Notes: generated by a model from the letters alone, not told the origin. DNA of 64,000 bases from Promethearchaeota archaeon (GCA_029838195.1 JALGVJ010000004.1:96001-160000), one strand, 5' to 3'. Positions 9,214 to 20,220 are shown, counted from the stretch's first letter. Translations and numbers: made by a program.

Positions 9214-12195
9214 TTATTTTAATGAAGCTTTCCATTCTTTATATCCTTTAGTCATTTTCCCTCTCCAAATTGCATTTTTTCCAGTTTCCCTTTCGTATTG
9301 TGCCCGTAATTCCTCTTCGCTCATTTCTTCAATTAGTTTATGCTTGTCAATCTCCGATTCTGCAGATTCAACTTCTGCTTCTTTTTCAATTTTTGTTTCC
9401 GTCTTAGTTTTTGTTTTTTTTGATTCTTCAGCTTTAGAGATCATCTCTCTTGCTTGTTTTTCATATTTTTGAAGTTCCTCTCTTATTTTACTTACATCAA
9501 GACTCTTGGCTTTCAGAAGCAAGACATCTAAATTCACTGCATCTCCATGATCGGTCATTTGGGGATTTATTCCATCATCTCCATATTCAAATTGAATGAT
9601 ATTTTTATCTGCATTCCTTACGGTCCCATCGTTTTCAATGACCATATCTTGTAGTGCATTCACTAAACGACGTTGCATGTAGCCGCTCGTGGATGTCCGA
9701 ACTGCCGTGTCCACGAGTCCTTCCCTACCACCCATGGCATGGAAAAAGAATTCTGAAGGCTGTAGTCCATTTCGATAAGAAGAAGCAACAAAACCTCGTG
9801 CTTTTGGCGTTAAATCATTTACCTTGAAATGGGGCAATGTTCTCCACGTATATCCCCTATTAATTCGCTCTCCTCGAATAGCTTGTTGACCTACTACGGC
9901 GGACATTTGCCCTAAATTCAAAATATTTCCCCTCGCACCCGATTTCGTCATTATTACGGAATGAGCCTCATCTCCGATGTAATTAGCGGCTATTTCCATC
10001 GCTTTATTTCGAGCTTCTGCTAAGACTTGTCTTATTCGAAGTTCTAAAGTTTCTCTCATTGAACGTCCCGGAGCTCTTTTTAAAATCGTTGTATCATTAG
10101 TATAATACGCTTCAATTAATTTATCACATTCTTTGTCAGCAATCTCTAATTCTTCTTGAATTTTTTTATAGGCTTCTCCTTTCACATATACCTCATCAAG
10201 TCCCATTGTCATTCCATTTTTCCGAATGATGTATAACAACATTTTTGTTGCGCTGTCTAAAAATTCTCTACCTCGAGCATTCCCATGATCTTTAATGATT
10301 CGCTGTAATATACTGTTAGATTGCATCGGTCCAAAGGAATTTTCATCAATCGTTCCCGTGATTAATTTTCCATTCTTTATCATCACGTATGCATCATACG
10401 GACAATCTAATTCCTTACATTCCTCCCCTTCTATTGTATAACATTTCTTACAGAATTTAGAACGCACGTGAATATTTAGATCTTCCGGAAATAATGCACT
10501 AAAAATTTGTTTTCCCGAATATAAAGGTTCAGGCTCCTTAACCACGGGTTCAAAATCATTTATGGAAAAATTAGGATGCGTTTTGAAAATATCTGCCATG
10601 TAAAGTAATTTTAAAGCTTCCTTTTTTGTATAAAGAGAATCCTTACTGGTGAATTGAAATACACTGGAAATAAAATCTTGAATGCCCCCCAAAATAGGGC
10701 CCCCAAAACGAGGAGATAAAATGTGTTCTTGAACCTTTAATAAAAATTCTGCCTCTGTTCGAGCCTCTTCACTCTGGGGAACGTGTAAATTCATTTCATC
10801 TCCATCAAAATCCGCGTTGTAAGGGGGACAAACAGTAAGGTTAAGTCTAAAGGTTTTTCCATCCATGATTTTTACTTCATGGGCCATGATGGACATTCGA
10901 TGGAGGGAGGGCTGGCGATTAAAGAGGACTAAATCACCATCATTTAAGTGACGCTCCACGATAAACCCTGGTGCTAACATGTCTGCTATGATCTTCCGAT
11001 TCTTTACATATCGTAAATCAATCCGCCTGCGATCATTTCGAATGATATAATTCGCTCCAGGATGCTTGTTCGGACCATTTAATACTATTTGTTTCATTTC
11101 TTCAATGTTCCAATCATTTACATTGGTTGGAATCGTTAAAATTTTAGCGATATCGATGGGCACCCCCACTTCATTAATGCTAATGTGAGGATTAGGCGTG
11201 ATCACGCTCCGTGCTGAAAAATCTACCCGCTTGCCGCTTAAATTGCTCCGAAATCGCCCTTCCTTTCCCTTTAATCTTTGAGTAAGAGTTCTTAAAGCTC
11301 GTCCGGATCGGTGCCGTGCTGGAGGAATCCCTGAAACTTGATTGTCAAAATAAGTGGTTACGTGATATTGTAATAATTCCCATAAATCTTCTACAATCAA
11401 GTGAGGAGCACCGGCATCAATATTTTCCCTTAATCTCTGGTTAATACGGATGACATCCACTAATTTATGGGTTAAATCATCTTCTGAACGAATTCCACTA
11501 TCCAAGGTGATAGAAGGTCTCGCACAAACAGGGGGAATGGGTAATACCGTAAAAATAACCCACTCTAATCGAGCATTTTCCGGTTGAATGCCTAAAATTC
11601 GCATGTCACCATCCGGAATCTTTTTTAACCTCTCTAAAATTTCAATAGGAGTTAACCTTCGGGATCCCTTCCCCTCTTCCTCCTCATAAAAAGTTGTGGG
11701 TTTTTCTATTATGATCTTTTTTCTTTTCGTCCCACAATAAGGACAAATCCTGTTTTTCCGGGCTAATTTGAAAACATTTCGCGTGGTGTCTACATCGCCT
11801 TCAAAATACATTTGACGATGCTTTGATTGTTCTTTTCTAAACCGTTCTTTATCCTCTTCAGAAAGTAATAATCGGGAACATTCCGGACAAATCGAACGTA
11901 AGACTTTTAATACCTTTTTAGCATAACCAACATGAATGACTGGACGAGCTAATTCAATATGACCAAAATGCCCTAGACAATTCGAAACCAAATTACCGCA
12001 AGTTTGGCAACGCTGGCCAGGTTCAATCGTTCCTAAGCGCTGATCCATCAAACCAGATGGAATGGGAAGTCCATCTTCGTCGTATGTGTCTGCCGTAATT
12101 ATCCGTGCAGCAGACATTTTTCGAATCTCATCCGGACTCAATAATCCGAACTTGATTTTCTCGATTAATTTTGTTTTAGAAATGAAGTGGCTCAT
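9214..12195 (-). CDS. rpoA1: RNA polymerase subunit A' (Rpo1N) with about 100-aa C-terminal extension
   Basis: CLGHFGHIELARP, GKEGRFRSNLSGKRVDFSARSVI, NRQPSLH, YNADFDGDEMNLH, GGREGLVDTAVRT. Confidence 0.98.
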   Translation of the reverse strand: MSHFISKTKLIEKIKFGLLSPDEIRKMSAARIITADTYDEDGLPIPSGLMDQRLGTIEPGQRCQTCGNLVSNCLGHFGHIELARPVIHVGYAKKVLKVLRSICPECSRLLLSEEDKERFRKEQSKHRQMYFEGDVDTTRNVFKLARKNRICPYCGTKRKKIIIEKPTTFYEEEEGKGSRRLTPIEILERLKKIPDGDMRILGIQPENARLEWVIFTVLPIPPVCARPSITLDSGIRSEDDLTHKLVDVIRINQRLRENIDAGAPHLIVEDLWELLQYHVTTYFDNQVSGIPPARHRSGRALRTLTQRLKGKEGRFRSNLSGKRVDFSARSVITPNPHISINEVGVPIDIAKILTIPTNVNDWNIEEMKQIVLNGPNKHPGANYIIRNDRRRIDLRYVKNRKIIADMLAPGFIVERHLNDGDLVLFNRQPSLHRMSIMAHEVKIMDGKTFRLNLTVCPPYNADFDGDEMNLHVPQSEEARTEAEFLLKVQEHILSPRFGGPILGGIQDFISSVFQFTSKDSLYTKKEALKLLYMADIFKTHPNFSINDFEPVVKEPEPLYSGKQIFSALFPEDLNIHVRSKFCKKCYTIEGEECKELDCPYDAYVMIKNGKLITGTIDENSFGPMQSNSILQRIIKDHGNARGREFLDSATKMLLYIIRKNGMTMGLDEVYVKGEAYKKIQEELEIADKECDKLIEAYYTNDTTILKRAPGRSMRETLELRIRQVLAEARNKAMEIAANYIGDEAHSVIMTKSGARGNILNLGQMSAVVGQQAIRGERINRGYTWRTLPHFKVNDLTPKARGFVASSYRNGLQPSEFFFHAMGGREGLVDTAVRTSTSGYMQRRLVNALQDMVIENDGTVRNADKNIIQFEYGDDGINPQMTDHGDAVNLDVLLLKAKSLDVSKIREELQKYEKQAREMISKAEESKKTKTKTETKIEKEAEVESAESEIDKHKLIEEMSEEELRAQYERETGKNAIWRGKMTKGYKEWKASLK

Positions 12196-12640
12196 AGAAG
12201 TTTAACCTCATGAAGTTATAGAATTTTGATTATTTTTTTCATAAATGAGAGCAAACCTGCTATTAGAAAATTTTGTATTCATAGAAGAATGCACTCTTCT
12301 TCAATTTTAGATTTGATATAAGTGATAAAATGAGTTGATAAAGTACAGCACACTGTATTAGATTTAAATGTATTAAATTAAAAAAATTTTACGCTTTTTT
12401 CCATATAAAACATGATGATTCTTACATTATTATGAGTACGCAGTTGCACGTGAATGATAAACCGAAGTTGGATTTTATCTCTTTTACTTTACTCACTCAT
12501 TTCTATTCGTGGCAAAATTAACAAGTTTAGGAACAAGTTTTATAATTATTTTTTCTATTACGCTACAAACTTTTAAAAAAGAACCTTAATTTCTAAATAT
12601 TTCTATTTTTATATAAAATGTTTTATTTAATTAAATAGAA

Positions 12641-13240
12641 ATGAACAAGCTAAGAGTAATTCTGGAGAAGAAAATAGTTATTTTCATCATGCAATTCAGT
12701 TTTTTATCCTTGCTCCTTCAAGTTGGAGATTATCACGTTAATTTACTTTTTGATGAAGGCATTATAGAAGTGAGGAGAACAATCATCTCCTTTCTTGGAA
12801 GATTGATTATATATCAAACGCACCATGACTTTTTATTTCTTAATGCTTGCTGGATGTTTATTTCCTTGATCCCCTCGCTTTTATATTTAGATTATAAAAA
12901 AGCCACTTCCATGAATTTGACCACGTTTTTCATTCCTAATTTCTTTTTTTATATATTTTTTTCCCGTTATTCTCCCGATTATTTTTCTATGTATTTTACC
13001 AAATTTTTCCTTCAAACAATCATCATGGGCTTAATAATAATTTCTTTTTCAATTGCTAGTGCTTTAGTGCTATTGAAAATTAAAAATTTTTTCGCAACCA
13101 CGTGGAGGAAAGAAGCAAATAAAGTTGAATTGAATATTCAATCCAAATGTCCGTATTGTGGAACCGAATTTCAATCCATGCCAAAAATTTGCTATAATTG
13201 TTCGAAAGAATTAAAAGAAGAGGTACGGGAACATGAGTGA
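12641..13240 (+). CDS. Membrane protein with C-terminal zinc ribbon
   Basis: About 4 hydrophobic segments then CPYCG...CYNC; overlaps next start by 8 nt. Confidence 0.75.
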   Translation: MNKLRVILEKKIVIFIMQFSFLSLLLQVGDYHVNLLFDEGIIEVRRTIISFLGRLIIYQTHHDFLFLNACWMFISLIPSLLYLDYKKATSMNLTTFFIPNFFFYIFFSRYSPDYFSMYFTKFFLQTIIMGLIIISFSIASALVLLKIKNFFATTWRKEANKVELNIQSKCPYCGTEFQSMPKICYNCSKELKEEVREHE

Positions 13241-14675
13241 AAGGGATTTTCATGCTTTATTTTATCCTAAAACAGTCGTGATCCAAGAAGCAAAGGAAAA
13301 AATTGCCTTTTTCATCAAGGGATTTAAAAGACAAGGCTTTCCTTTAGAAAACTTGTATTTAATTAATTCAAGAGAGCAGAATTTACTTGGTTTAAAATGT
13401 TATCCATCCATTGACGAAATCCCCATTGAAACGATTGATTACTTGATTTTTGCAATAAGAAGAGAAAAAACAATCGACTCTCTCAATGAAATATTATCAA
13501 AGAAAAAGGTTAAATTCATTCATATTTTTACTGCTGGAATGGGAGAAGCTGATGAAATTGGAAGCCAAATTGAGAAAGAAATAAAAAATTTACTCGATAA
13601 ATATCCCAAAACTCGTGCTATAGGCCCCAATTGCATGGGCGTGTATTGTCCACGAGGAAAAAACGCATATTATTCATCTTTTCCCGTAGAAAGTGGTACT
13701 ATTGGATTAATATTTCAATCAGGCGATCTTCATTCTCGTATGATAAAATTTGGCTCTAGATTATATGGTTTGAGGTTTGCCAAGGGAATTTCCATTGGAA
13801 ATACCGTTGATCTCCAAGTCTCTGAGTTTTTGGAATATTTTAATGAAGATCCCGAAATTGAGATCATCTGTGTCTATTTTGAAGGTTTTTCTCCCCTTCA
13901 TGAAAAAGAGCCGAAACGATTTTTAGAAACCGTGAAAAAGGTTAAAAAACCCGTGCTTTTCATGCGCGGAGGACGGACTAAACGAGCCCAGACGGCTATA
14001 ATATCTCATACGGGAACGTTAGCATCCTCTCAAAAGATATGGTCAGCAATCTATAAGCAAACACCCTTGTTGGAAATACCGCCTTCCTTGGAAGATCTAT
14101 TAGATACCACCTACATGTTTAAAAATTATATATCCAGATTTAAAAACGGGAAAAATATACTATTTCCCCAAAATAAGCGGGTTTTAATCGTTTTATGGTC
14201 CGGGGGATTTGGGATTTTAGCGACAGATACCCTAACAGAATTAGGTTTTAAAATTCCTCAATTTAAAAAAAAAGCATTAGATGAATTAAAAAAGATCTAC
14301 CCCTTGAAAATTGGCTCCCTTTCGAATCCTCTTGACATGCCTTGGATCACTTCAAAAAAAGCATTTGTCGATATTACAATTAAAGCCTTAGAACAAGGCA
14401 TTGATTTCTTGATAATTGAAACGGATGCGTGGCGAAACATGGAAGGAGAAGAATTTAAAAATTATTACAATAATTTGAAAAAAATAAAGGAGCACGTGGA
14501 GAGTTCGAATAAAGTTTTTTCCATTGTGCTACATCAATATCCGAGTAGTTCAAGAGAAAAATTTTATTCCATGCTAATTAAGGATAATTTTCTCGTATAT
14601 TCCACCATAGAGAGAGCCGCAAGAGCATTTTTAAAACTTCTTGAATATGGTAAAAAAGTGGAGAAATTTACTTGA
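13233..14675 (+). CDS. Acyl-CoA synthetase (NDP-forming) alpha-type subunit / CoA-binding protein
   Basis: IGPNCMGVY, FQSG, SIGN, YFEG, SHTG phospho-His motif, SGG, NPLD. Confidence 0.88.
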   Translation: MSERDFHALFYPKTVVIQEAKEKIAFFIKGFKRQGFPLENLYLINSREQNLLGLKCYPSIDEIPIETIDYLIFAIRREKTIDSLNEILSKKKVKFIHIFTAGMGEADEIGSQIEKEIKNLLDKYPKTRAIGPNCMGVYCPRGKNAYYSSFPVESGTIGLIFQSGDLHSRMIKFGSRLYGLRFAKGISIGNTVDLQVSEFLEYFNEDPEIEIICVYFEGFSPLHEKEPKRFLETVKKVKKPVLFMRGGRTKRAQTAIISHTGTLASSQKIWSAIYKQTPLLEIPPSLEDLLDTTYMFKNYISRFKNGKNILFPQNKRVLIVLWSGGFGILATDTLTELGFKIPQFKKKALDELKKIYPLKIGSLSNPLDMPWITSKKAFVDITIKALEQGIDFLIIETDAWRNMEGEEFKNYYNNLKKIKEHVESSNKVFSIVLHQYPSSSREKFYSMLIKDNFLVYSTIERAARAFLKLLEYGKKVEKFT

Positions 14676-14817
14676 TTGATAACGAGACTTAAATATAACC
14701 ATTTTGCTTCCATGAGAATCTTAAACTCTAAATCTAATCCTTAATTTTATTAAATAATTTTTAATAAAACGTCGTTTAACTTAAAACACTAAAAAATCTT
14801 TAATTGAGATTTTTATC

Positions 14818-16275
14818 ATGCCGAATTTAGACCTTCTATTTGCTCCAAAAACCGTTGCCATTTACGAGGCAAAAGAGAAATTTCAATATTTTATAGAAGG
14901 ATTTAAATCTCAAGGATTTAATCTTGAAAATCTATTTTTAATTACGCCCTCTTACGACCATTTATTTGGTATTAAATGTTATCCCTCTTTTGAAGAAATT
15001 CCCGTATCCTCCATAGATCTATTAATTTTAGCTATCGGGAGAAATAGAGTCGCTAATGAATTAGAACAAATATTAAAAATAAAGAAAGTAAAATTTATAC
15101 ATTTATTCACTGCGGGTTTGGGAGAATTTGATGAAAAGGGCATGCAAATCGAAAGAAAATTAAAGGAACTCATAGATTCCAATGAAGACGTAAGAGCTTT
15201 TGGTCCAAATTGCATGGGGGTATACTCTCCAGCAGGAAAAAACGCTTATCTTCCCGACTTTCCTGTTGTAAGCGGAAAAATTGGATTGATTTATCAATCT
15301 GGTGATCTTTTGACTCAAACCATTCGATTTGGCTACACTCGCCATGGACTCACCTTTTCTAAAGGAATTTCTGTTGGAAATTGCATGGATTTACAAGTTT
15401 CTGATTTTTTAGAATATTTTAATGATGACCCGGAAATTGAAATTATTGGAATTTATTTTGAAGGTTTCCCTAAATACCGACCAAGTGAAGGAAAAAGATT
15501 TTTTCACCGGTTGAAAAAAATAAAAAAGCCCATTCTATTTTTGAGAGGGGGAATTACAACTCGAGCTCAAACAGCGATCATGAGTCATACGGGAACCTTG
15601 AGTACGGATGATAAAATTTGGAACGGCATCTCCAGGCAATCCACCTTGATCAATGTAGAAAGTTCTTTAGATGATATGATTGACGCTCTTGCCATTTTCG
15701 ATCATATTTTTAGAAAATATCCGGCAATGTCTTTAAGAGAAAAAATTCAATTTCTTCCAAAAGGGAAGAATGCTTTGGTTCTTCTCTGGTCGGGAGGCTT
15801 GGGTGTTTTAGATACGGATACGCTAACCAAAATAGGACTCAATCTTCCTCTATTCAAGGAAGAAACAAAAGATAAATTATTGAAAATCTATCCGTTAAAA
15901 GTAGGGTCTCTTTCAAATCCCTTAGACTTACCTTGGATCACTCGTTCTGAAGTATTTTTTAAGCTATGCAAGGCGGCGATCACGGAAGAAATTGACGTTA
16001 TTATCATGCATACCAATATTTTTGTTTTACGAGATAATGAACGATTCAGGTTATATCTTGAAAATTTAAATAAATTAAAAGAGCATGTTGATTCCAACCA
16101 TAAAATTCTCATGCTAATCTTATTTGATTCCCCTGAAAAAGAATGGATTTACTATTATAACATCCTCAAGGAAAATGGTTTTCTCGTATATCCCAATTTA
16201 AAACGGGCGGCGAACGCCTTTTTAAAATTGCATGAATATCGTACAAGAATGCGATTTGATTCCTTGAAAAGATAA
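14818..16275 (+). CDS. Acyl-CoA synthetase (NDP-forming) alpha-type subunit, tandem paralog
   Basis: Same motifs (FGPNCMGVY, SHTG, WSGG, GSLSNPLD); clearly similar to 13233..14675. Confidence 0.88.
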   Translation: MPNLDLLFAPKTVAIYEAKEKFQYFIEGFKSQGFNLENLFLITPSYDHLFGIKCYPSFEEIPVSSIDLLILAIGRNRVANELEQILKIKKVKFIHLFTAGLGEFDEKGMQIERKLKELIDSNEDVRAFGPNCMGVYSPAGKNAYLPDFPVVSGKIGLIYQSGDLLTQTIRFGYTRHGLTFSKGISVGNCMDLQVSDFLEYFNDDPEIEIIGIYFEGFPKYRPSEGKRFFHRLKKIKKPILFLRGGITTRAQTAIMSHTGTLSTDDKIWNGISRQSTLINVESSLDDMIDALAIFDHIFRKYPAMSLREKIQFLPKGKNALVLLWSGGLGVLDTDTLTKIGLNLPLFKEETKDKLLKIYPLKVGSLSNPLDLPWITRSEVFFKLCKAAITEEIDVIIMHTNIFVLRDNERFRLYLENLNKLKEHVDSNHKILMLILFDSPEKEWIYYYNILKENGFLVYPNLKRAANAFLKLHEYRTRMRFDSLKR

Positions 16276-16745
16276 GTTAAAAGCCCGTTAATTAAGAATT
16301 AAATATTTTCCTCTTTTTTTTAATGAGCATCATTTAGGATATCCCTCCAAATTCACTTTTAACTTTATTTTAATATAGTAATAAAAAAGGTCAAAATTTT
16401 TAAAAATTTAATAATAATAAACCTGAAAAATTTGAATATTAAGGAATAATTAGCTGATAAAATAAAGATGTTAAAGAGATGTTTATTTTTGTTTCTACTT
16501 TTGCAATAGGAGTTAATATCATATCGCTCTTTATTTTTTACTGGCCGAACTTTTGATTTCCATGAAAACGTAAGGGATATACCTTAGTTTCATTAAAAAG
16601 TGTGTCTATTACACTTGTTATTAATCTTAAATTTAAAAATGAATCATCTTAATAAAGGATAAAAAATTTAGAAAAACATTGATATATCATTTTGGACTCA
16701 TCTAATTTAATCAGAACCCAATTTTAAATTAGGAATAAAAAAAAT

Positions 16746-18215
16746 ATGGTAGACAATCCTAATTTTATTATAATCATGCCCGATCAGCATAGAGCTGATG
16801 TATTAGGCATGGTAAATCCTCAAGTTAAAACACCAAACCTCGATCGACTTGCTTCTGAAGGCGTGAGATTTGCTAATGCGATCACTCAAAGTCCACTTTG
16901 TGTTCCTGCGAGAGCGGCATTCTTAGTAGGGAAGTATGTCCATGAAACAGGGGCATACACGAATAAGATGTTCATTCATAAAACCAATCCAATGTTGATA
17001 AAGGATTCTTTTTTAAATCTCTTAAAAAAGCGAGGTTATCGTAATATTGATATAGGAAAGATGCATCTTGTGCGTCATCATGGGTATGATGCTTTGAAAA
17101 AAGCGGGAGATAAAAACTTAAAAATAATTGATAATGTGAGTTTTCATTATGATAAAATGGAAGAATTAGGATTTACTGAATGCCAGGAAGTATGTGGAAA
17201 AATGGAAAGCGCTTACGTAGGCTCAAAATATATAGATTCTTTACAAGAACATGGATTTTTAAAGATATATCATGAGTGGGCAATGAAATATCCTATTCTT
17301 TTAGCAGAGCCCATGCCCATCCCGAAAGAGTTTTATATTGATTATTTCGTTGGCGATATGGCTATAAAATGGTTAGAAAATCATCTGAAAAGCCCAAAAT
17401 CTGACAAGCCATTCTGTTTATTTATTGGTTTTCCAGGTCCCCATGATCCATTTGATGTTGTAAAAGAATATGCTGATTTATATGATCCCGATGAGATTCA
17501 ATTAATTGATGAAGAGTTAGAAGAACCTAAACGACCATTTCCGAAATACATCATGCGATCAAGAATTATAAGTCGTAGCAAGCATGTAACTGAAGATTAT
17601 ATAAGAAAAGCTCGAGCAATGTATTATGGTAATGTAACATTAATAGATGAAAAGGTGGGAGAAATCAGAAAAATACTTGAAGAAAATGGGGTATTAGACA
17701 ATACTTGGATAATTTACACGAGCGATCATGGCGAACAATTAGGCTCTCATAAACTTTTCATGAAATTCGTGTTTTATCGGGAATCGGTAAATGTACCCTT
17801 GATCATTCGTCCTCCTCAAGGCATGAAAGGTAAGGTTATCGAAAATGATGTTGAGTTAATAGATGTTCCAACTACCCTTCTTGATATTCTCAATATAGAT
17901 CTTCCTCCAAACCATCGAGGAAAATCTTTATTGCCGCTGATCATGAATGAAAAGGAAGGAACTGATTACCAACATAAAGAATTATGCATTAGTCAAGTAG
18001 GGAATTATGCGATGGGGCTTACAAAAAAATGGAAATTCGTTGTCGATAGTTCAACCGGAAAATTATTAGAATTATATGAAAGAGAACATGATTATTATGA
18101 AAATAATAATTTAGCATTGATCTCAGAGGAAAAACATACAGGAGAACAACTTTATCGAAAATATTTGGAGAAAATTATTCCAAAAATAGAAATTCCAGGA
18201 GGGTTTCAATTATAG
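16746..18215 (+). CDS. Cys-type sulfatase (choline-sulfatase/arylsulfatase-like)
   Basis: PNFIIIMPDQHR, CVPAR, GKMH, PHDP, YTSDHGE, VPLII. Confidence 0.92.
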   Translation: MVDNPNFIIIMPDQHRADVLGMVNPQVKTPNLDRLASEGVRFANAITQSPLCVPARAAFLVGKYVHETGAYTNKMFIHKTNPMLIKDSFLNLLKKRGYRNIDIGKMHLVRHHGYDALKKAGDKNLKIIDNVSFHYDKMEELGFTECQEVCGKMESAYVGSKYIDSLQEHGFLKIYHEWAMKYPILLAEPMPIPKEFYIDYFVGDMAIKWLENHLKSPKSDKPFCLFIGFPGPHDPFDVVKEYADLYDPDEIQLIDEELEEPKRPFPKYIMRSRIISRSKHVTEDYIRKARAMYYGNVTLIDEKVGEIRKILEENGVLDNTWIIYTSDHGEQLGSHKLFMKFVFYRESVNVPLIIRPPQGMKGKVIENDVELIDVPTTLLDILNIDLPPNHRGKSLLPLIMNEKEGTDYQHKELCISQVGNYAMGLTKKWKFVVDSSTGKLLELYEREHDYYENNNLALISEEKHTGEQLYRKYLEKIIPKIEIPGGFQL

Positions 18216-18459
18216 CTCCTAATAGTAAATTGCATGATATAAATCAAATCTATATTTAAATCCGGAATTTTATTTAGTTCAGTAGAAAAAAAGAGATCTC
18301 GTTGAATATTTTTATTTATCATAATATTGAAAATTAAAATCATAATTATAGAAAAGCAAACTCTAATGGACACGCAATCGTCGTTCTTTTATAAGAACAT
18401 GAGAAACGATGATTGTTTGAATTTTAAAATTTCCAAATAATCAAGAATTAACTTTTAAA

Positions 18460-19857
18460 ATGATTGAAGATAAACCAAACATTTTAATTTTTTTTCCGGA
18501 CCAGCATAGAGGAGATTGGATGCCTTATACTAGAGATGTATTTAAGCGTCTTGGAATGCAAGAATTACCTTTAAGGATGCCTAATATAAAGAAGATGATG
18601 AAAAACGGAGTATCATTTACAAATGCGATAACCTCCTCTCCTTTATGTGCTCCAGCAAGAGCATGTCTTGCCGCGGGATTGCGATATAAAAACTGTAAAG
18701 TAAAGGGAAACCATGAAAATTTTCCTATTGATCAGAAGGTTTATTATTCCATATTAAAGGAACATGAATATAGTGTCGGATCTGTTGGTAAATTAGATTT
18801 ACATAAACCATCACTTTATTGGGGTTTAAATGGGTGGATTCCAGATCTGGAAATGCTCGGTTTTACCCATGTGATCGATTGTGAAGGAAAATGGGATGCA
18901 ATATTATCTGTAATCATGGAAAATGATGATAAAGAGAAGAAAAAAAGGGTAAAACCAAAGGATTTTAAACCTAAAGGTCCCTATCTAAAATATCTTCAAG
19001 AAAATGACTTGTTAATTACCCATGTTAAAGATTTCTTAAAACGATTTGGTAAAAGAAATTTTAATACAGAACCAACACCCTTACCTGAAGATGCATATTG
19101 CGATAACTGGATTGGAAGAAAAGCGATAGAAATGCTGAGAAGATTTCCTGAAGATAAACCATGGCATCTAGTTGTCAATTTCACGGGACCTCATGATCCT
19201 TGGGACGTGACTAAAAGAATGAAGAAAGCATGGGAACATGTTTCTTTTCCAGCACCTCATGCCGGAAATGAAGAGACGGTTGATGATGAAATTAAAGTAA
19301 GGCAAAATTATGCTGCAATGTTAGAAAATATTGACCGCAATATTGGTTTGATTCTTGAGGAAGTAAAAAAAGCAGGTCAATTATCAAACACGATTGTTAT
19401 CTATACGAGTGATCACGGGGAAATGTTAGGTGATTTCAAACGATATGGCAAAACTAGACCTGAAAGAGGGTCAGTAAAAATTCCCTTGGTTATAACGGGG
19501 CCAAATATAGAAAAAGGGAAATATTCAGATGCACTTGTTGAGCTTCAAGATTTAACAAAAACGATCCTCGATTATGCGGGAGCAGAAATGAGAGAAGCAA
19601 GGGATTCACTCTCCTTTAGGAAAATCCTCGAAGGAACCGAAAAAGACCATAGGGAATGTCAAATTTCGGCTCTTGATCTTTCGGATATTGGTTCAATAAA
19701 ATGGAAGATGATATCAAATGGAAAATATAAGTTAATTATAGAAAATAGTGAAAACATTCGATTACATGATATGGAAGTGGATCCTTGGGAAGATCACAAT
19801 ATCGCAGAAAAACGTCCATCCGTTGTAGCTGAATTATTAAAAAAATTAAATTGCTAA
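18460..19857 (+). CDS. Cys-type sulfatase, second copy
   Basis: PNILIFFPDQHR, CAPAR, PHDPWD, YTSDHGEMLG, DPWEDHNIA. Confidence 0.92.
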   Translation: MIEDKPNILIFFPDQHRGDWMPYTRDVFKRLGMQELPLRMPNIKKMMKNGVSFTNAITSSPLCAPARACLAAGLRYKNCKVKGNHENFPIDQKVYYSILKEHEYSVGSVGKLDLHKPSLYWGLNGWIPDLEMLGFTHVIDCEGKWDAILSVIMENDDKEKKKRVKPKDFKPKGPYLKYLQENDLLITHVKDFLKRFGKRNFNTEPTPLPEDAYCDNWIGRKAIEMLRRFPEDKPWHLVVNFTGPHDPWDVTKRMKKAWEHVSFPAPHAGNEETVDDEIKVRQNYAAMLENIDRNIGLILEEVKKAGQLSNTIVIYTSDHGEMLGDFKRYGKTRPERGSVKIPLVITGPNIEKGKYSDALVELQDLTKTILDYAGAEMREARDSLSFRKILEGTEKDHRECQISALDLSDIGSIKWKMISNGKYKLIIENSENIRLHDMEVDPWEDHNIAEKRPSVVAELLKKLNC

Positions 19858-19877
19858 AATCATCAATATTTCCGAAT

Positions 19878-20220
19878 TCATTTTAACACGTTTTTAATGA
19901 GCTGTTTTAGCATTCGAGCTGTATCAATAATGATGTTGTTTAAACCTGCCCCACTTTCGCTTTGGGAGCCGATAAACCATAAATTCTTAATAGGTGTTTC
20001 ATGAGGAATTTTTGGCATGTCCTTTATCGGAGCCATCCCGCCAAATGCGTGGTGTTTTACTCGGATTATTTTCTTAAAAATCTTCTGTGGTTAAGAGGAT
20101 TTTTATTTTTACGTGCTTCCGCAAGTCGGGAATGAATTTTTCTGCTTGAATTAATAATTTTTCAGTAAATCCTTCCTTTTTTTCTTCCCAGCTCCTGCAT
20201 TCTAATTTATTCTCTATGAA
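19878..20220 (-). pseudogene. C-terminal remnant of phytoene-desaturase-like FAD oxidoreductase, frameshifted
   Basis: Manual translation: SWEEKKEGFTEKLLIQAEKFIPDLRKHVKIKILLTTEDF / frameshift in A-run 20076-20080 / KKIIRVKHHAFGGMAPIKDMPKIPHETPIKNLWFIGSQSESGAG...*; no N-terminal FAD-binding part found upstream. Confidence 0.75.
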
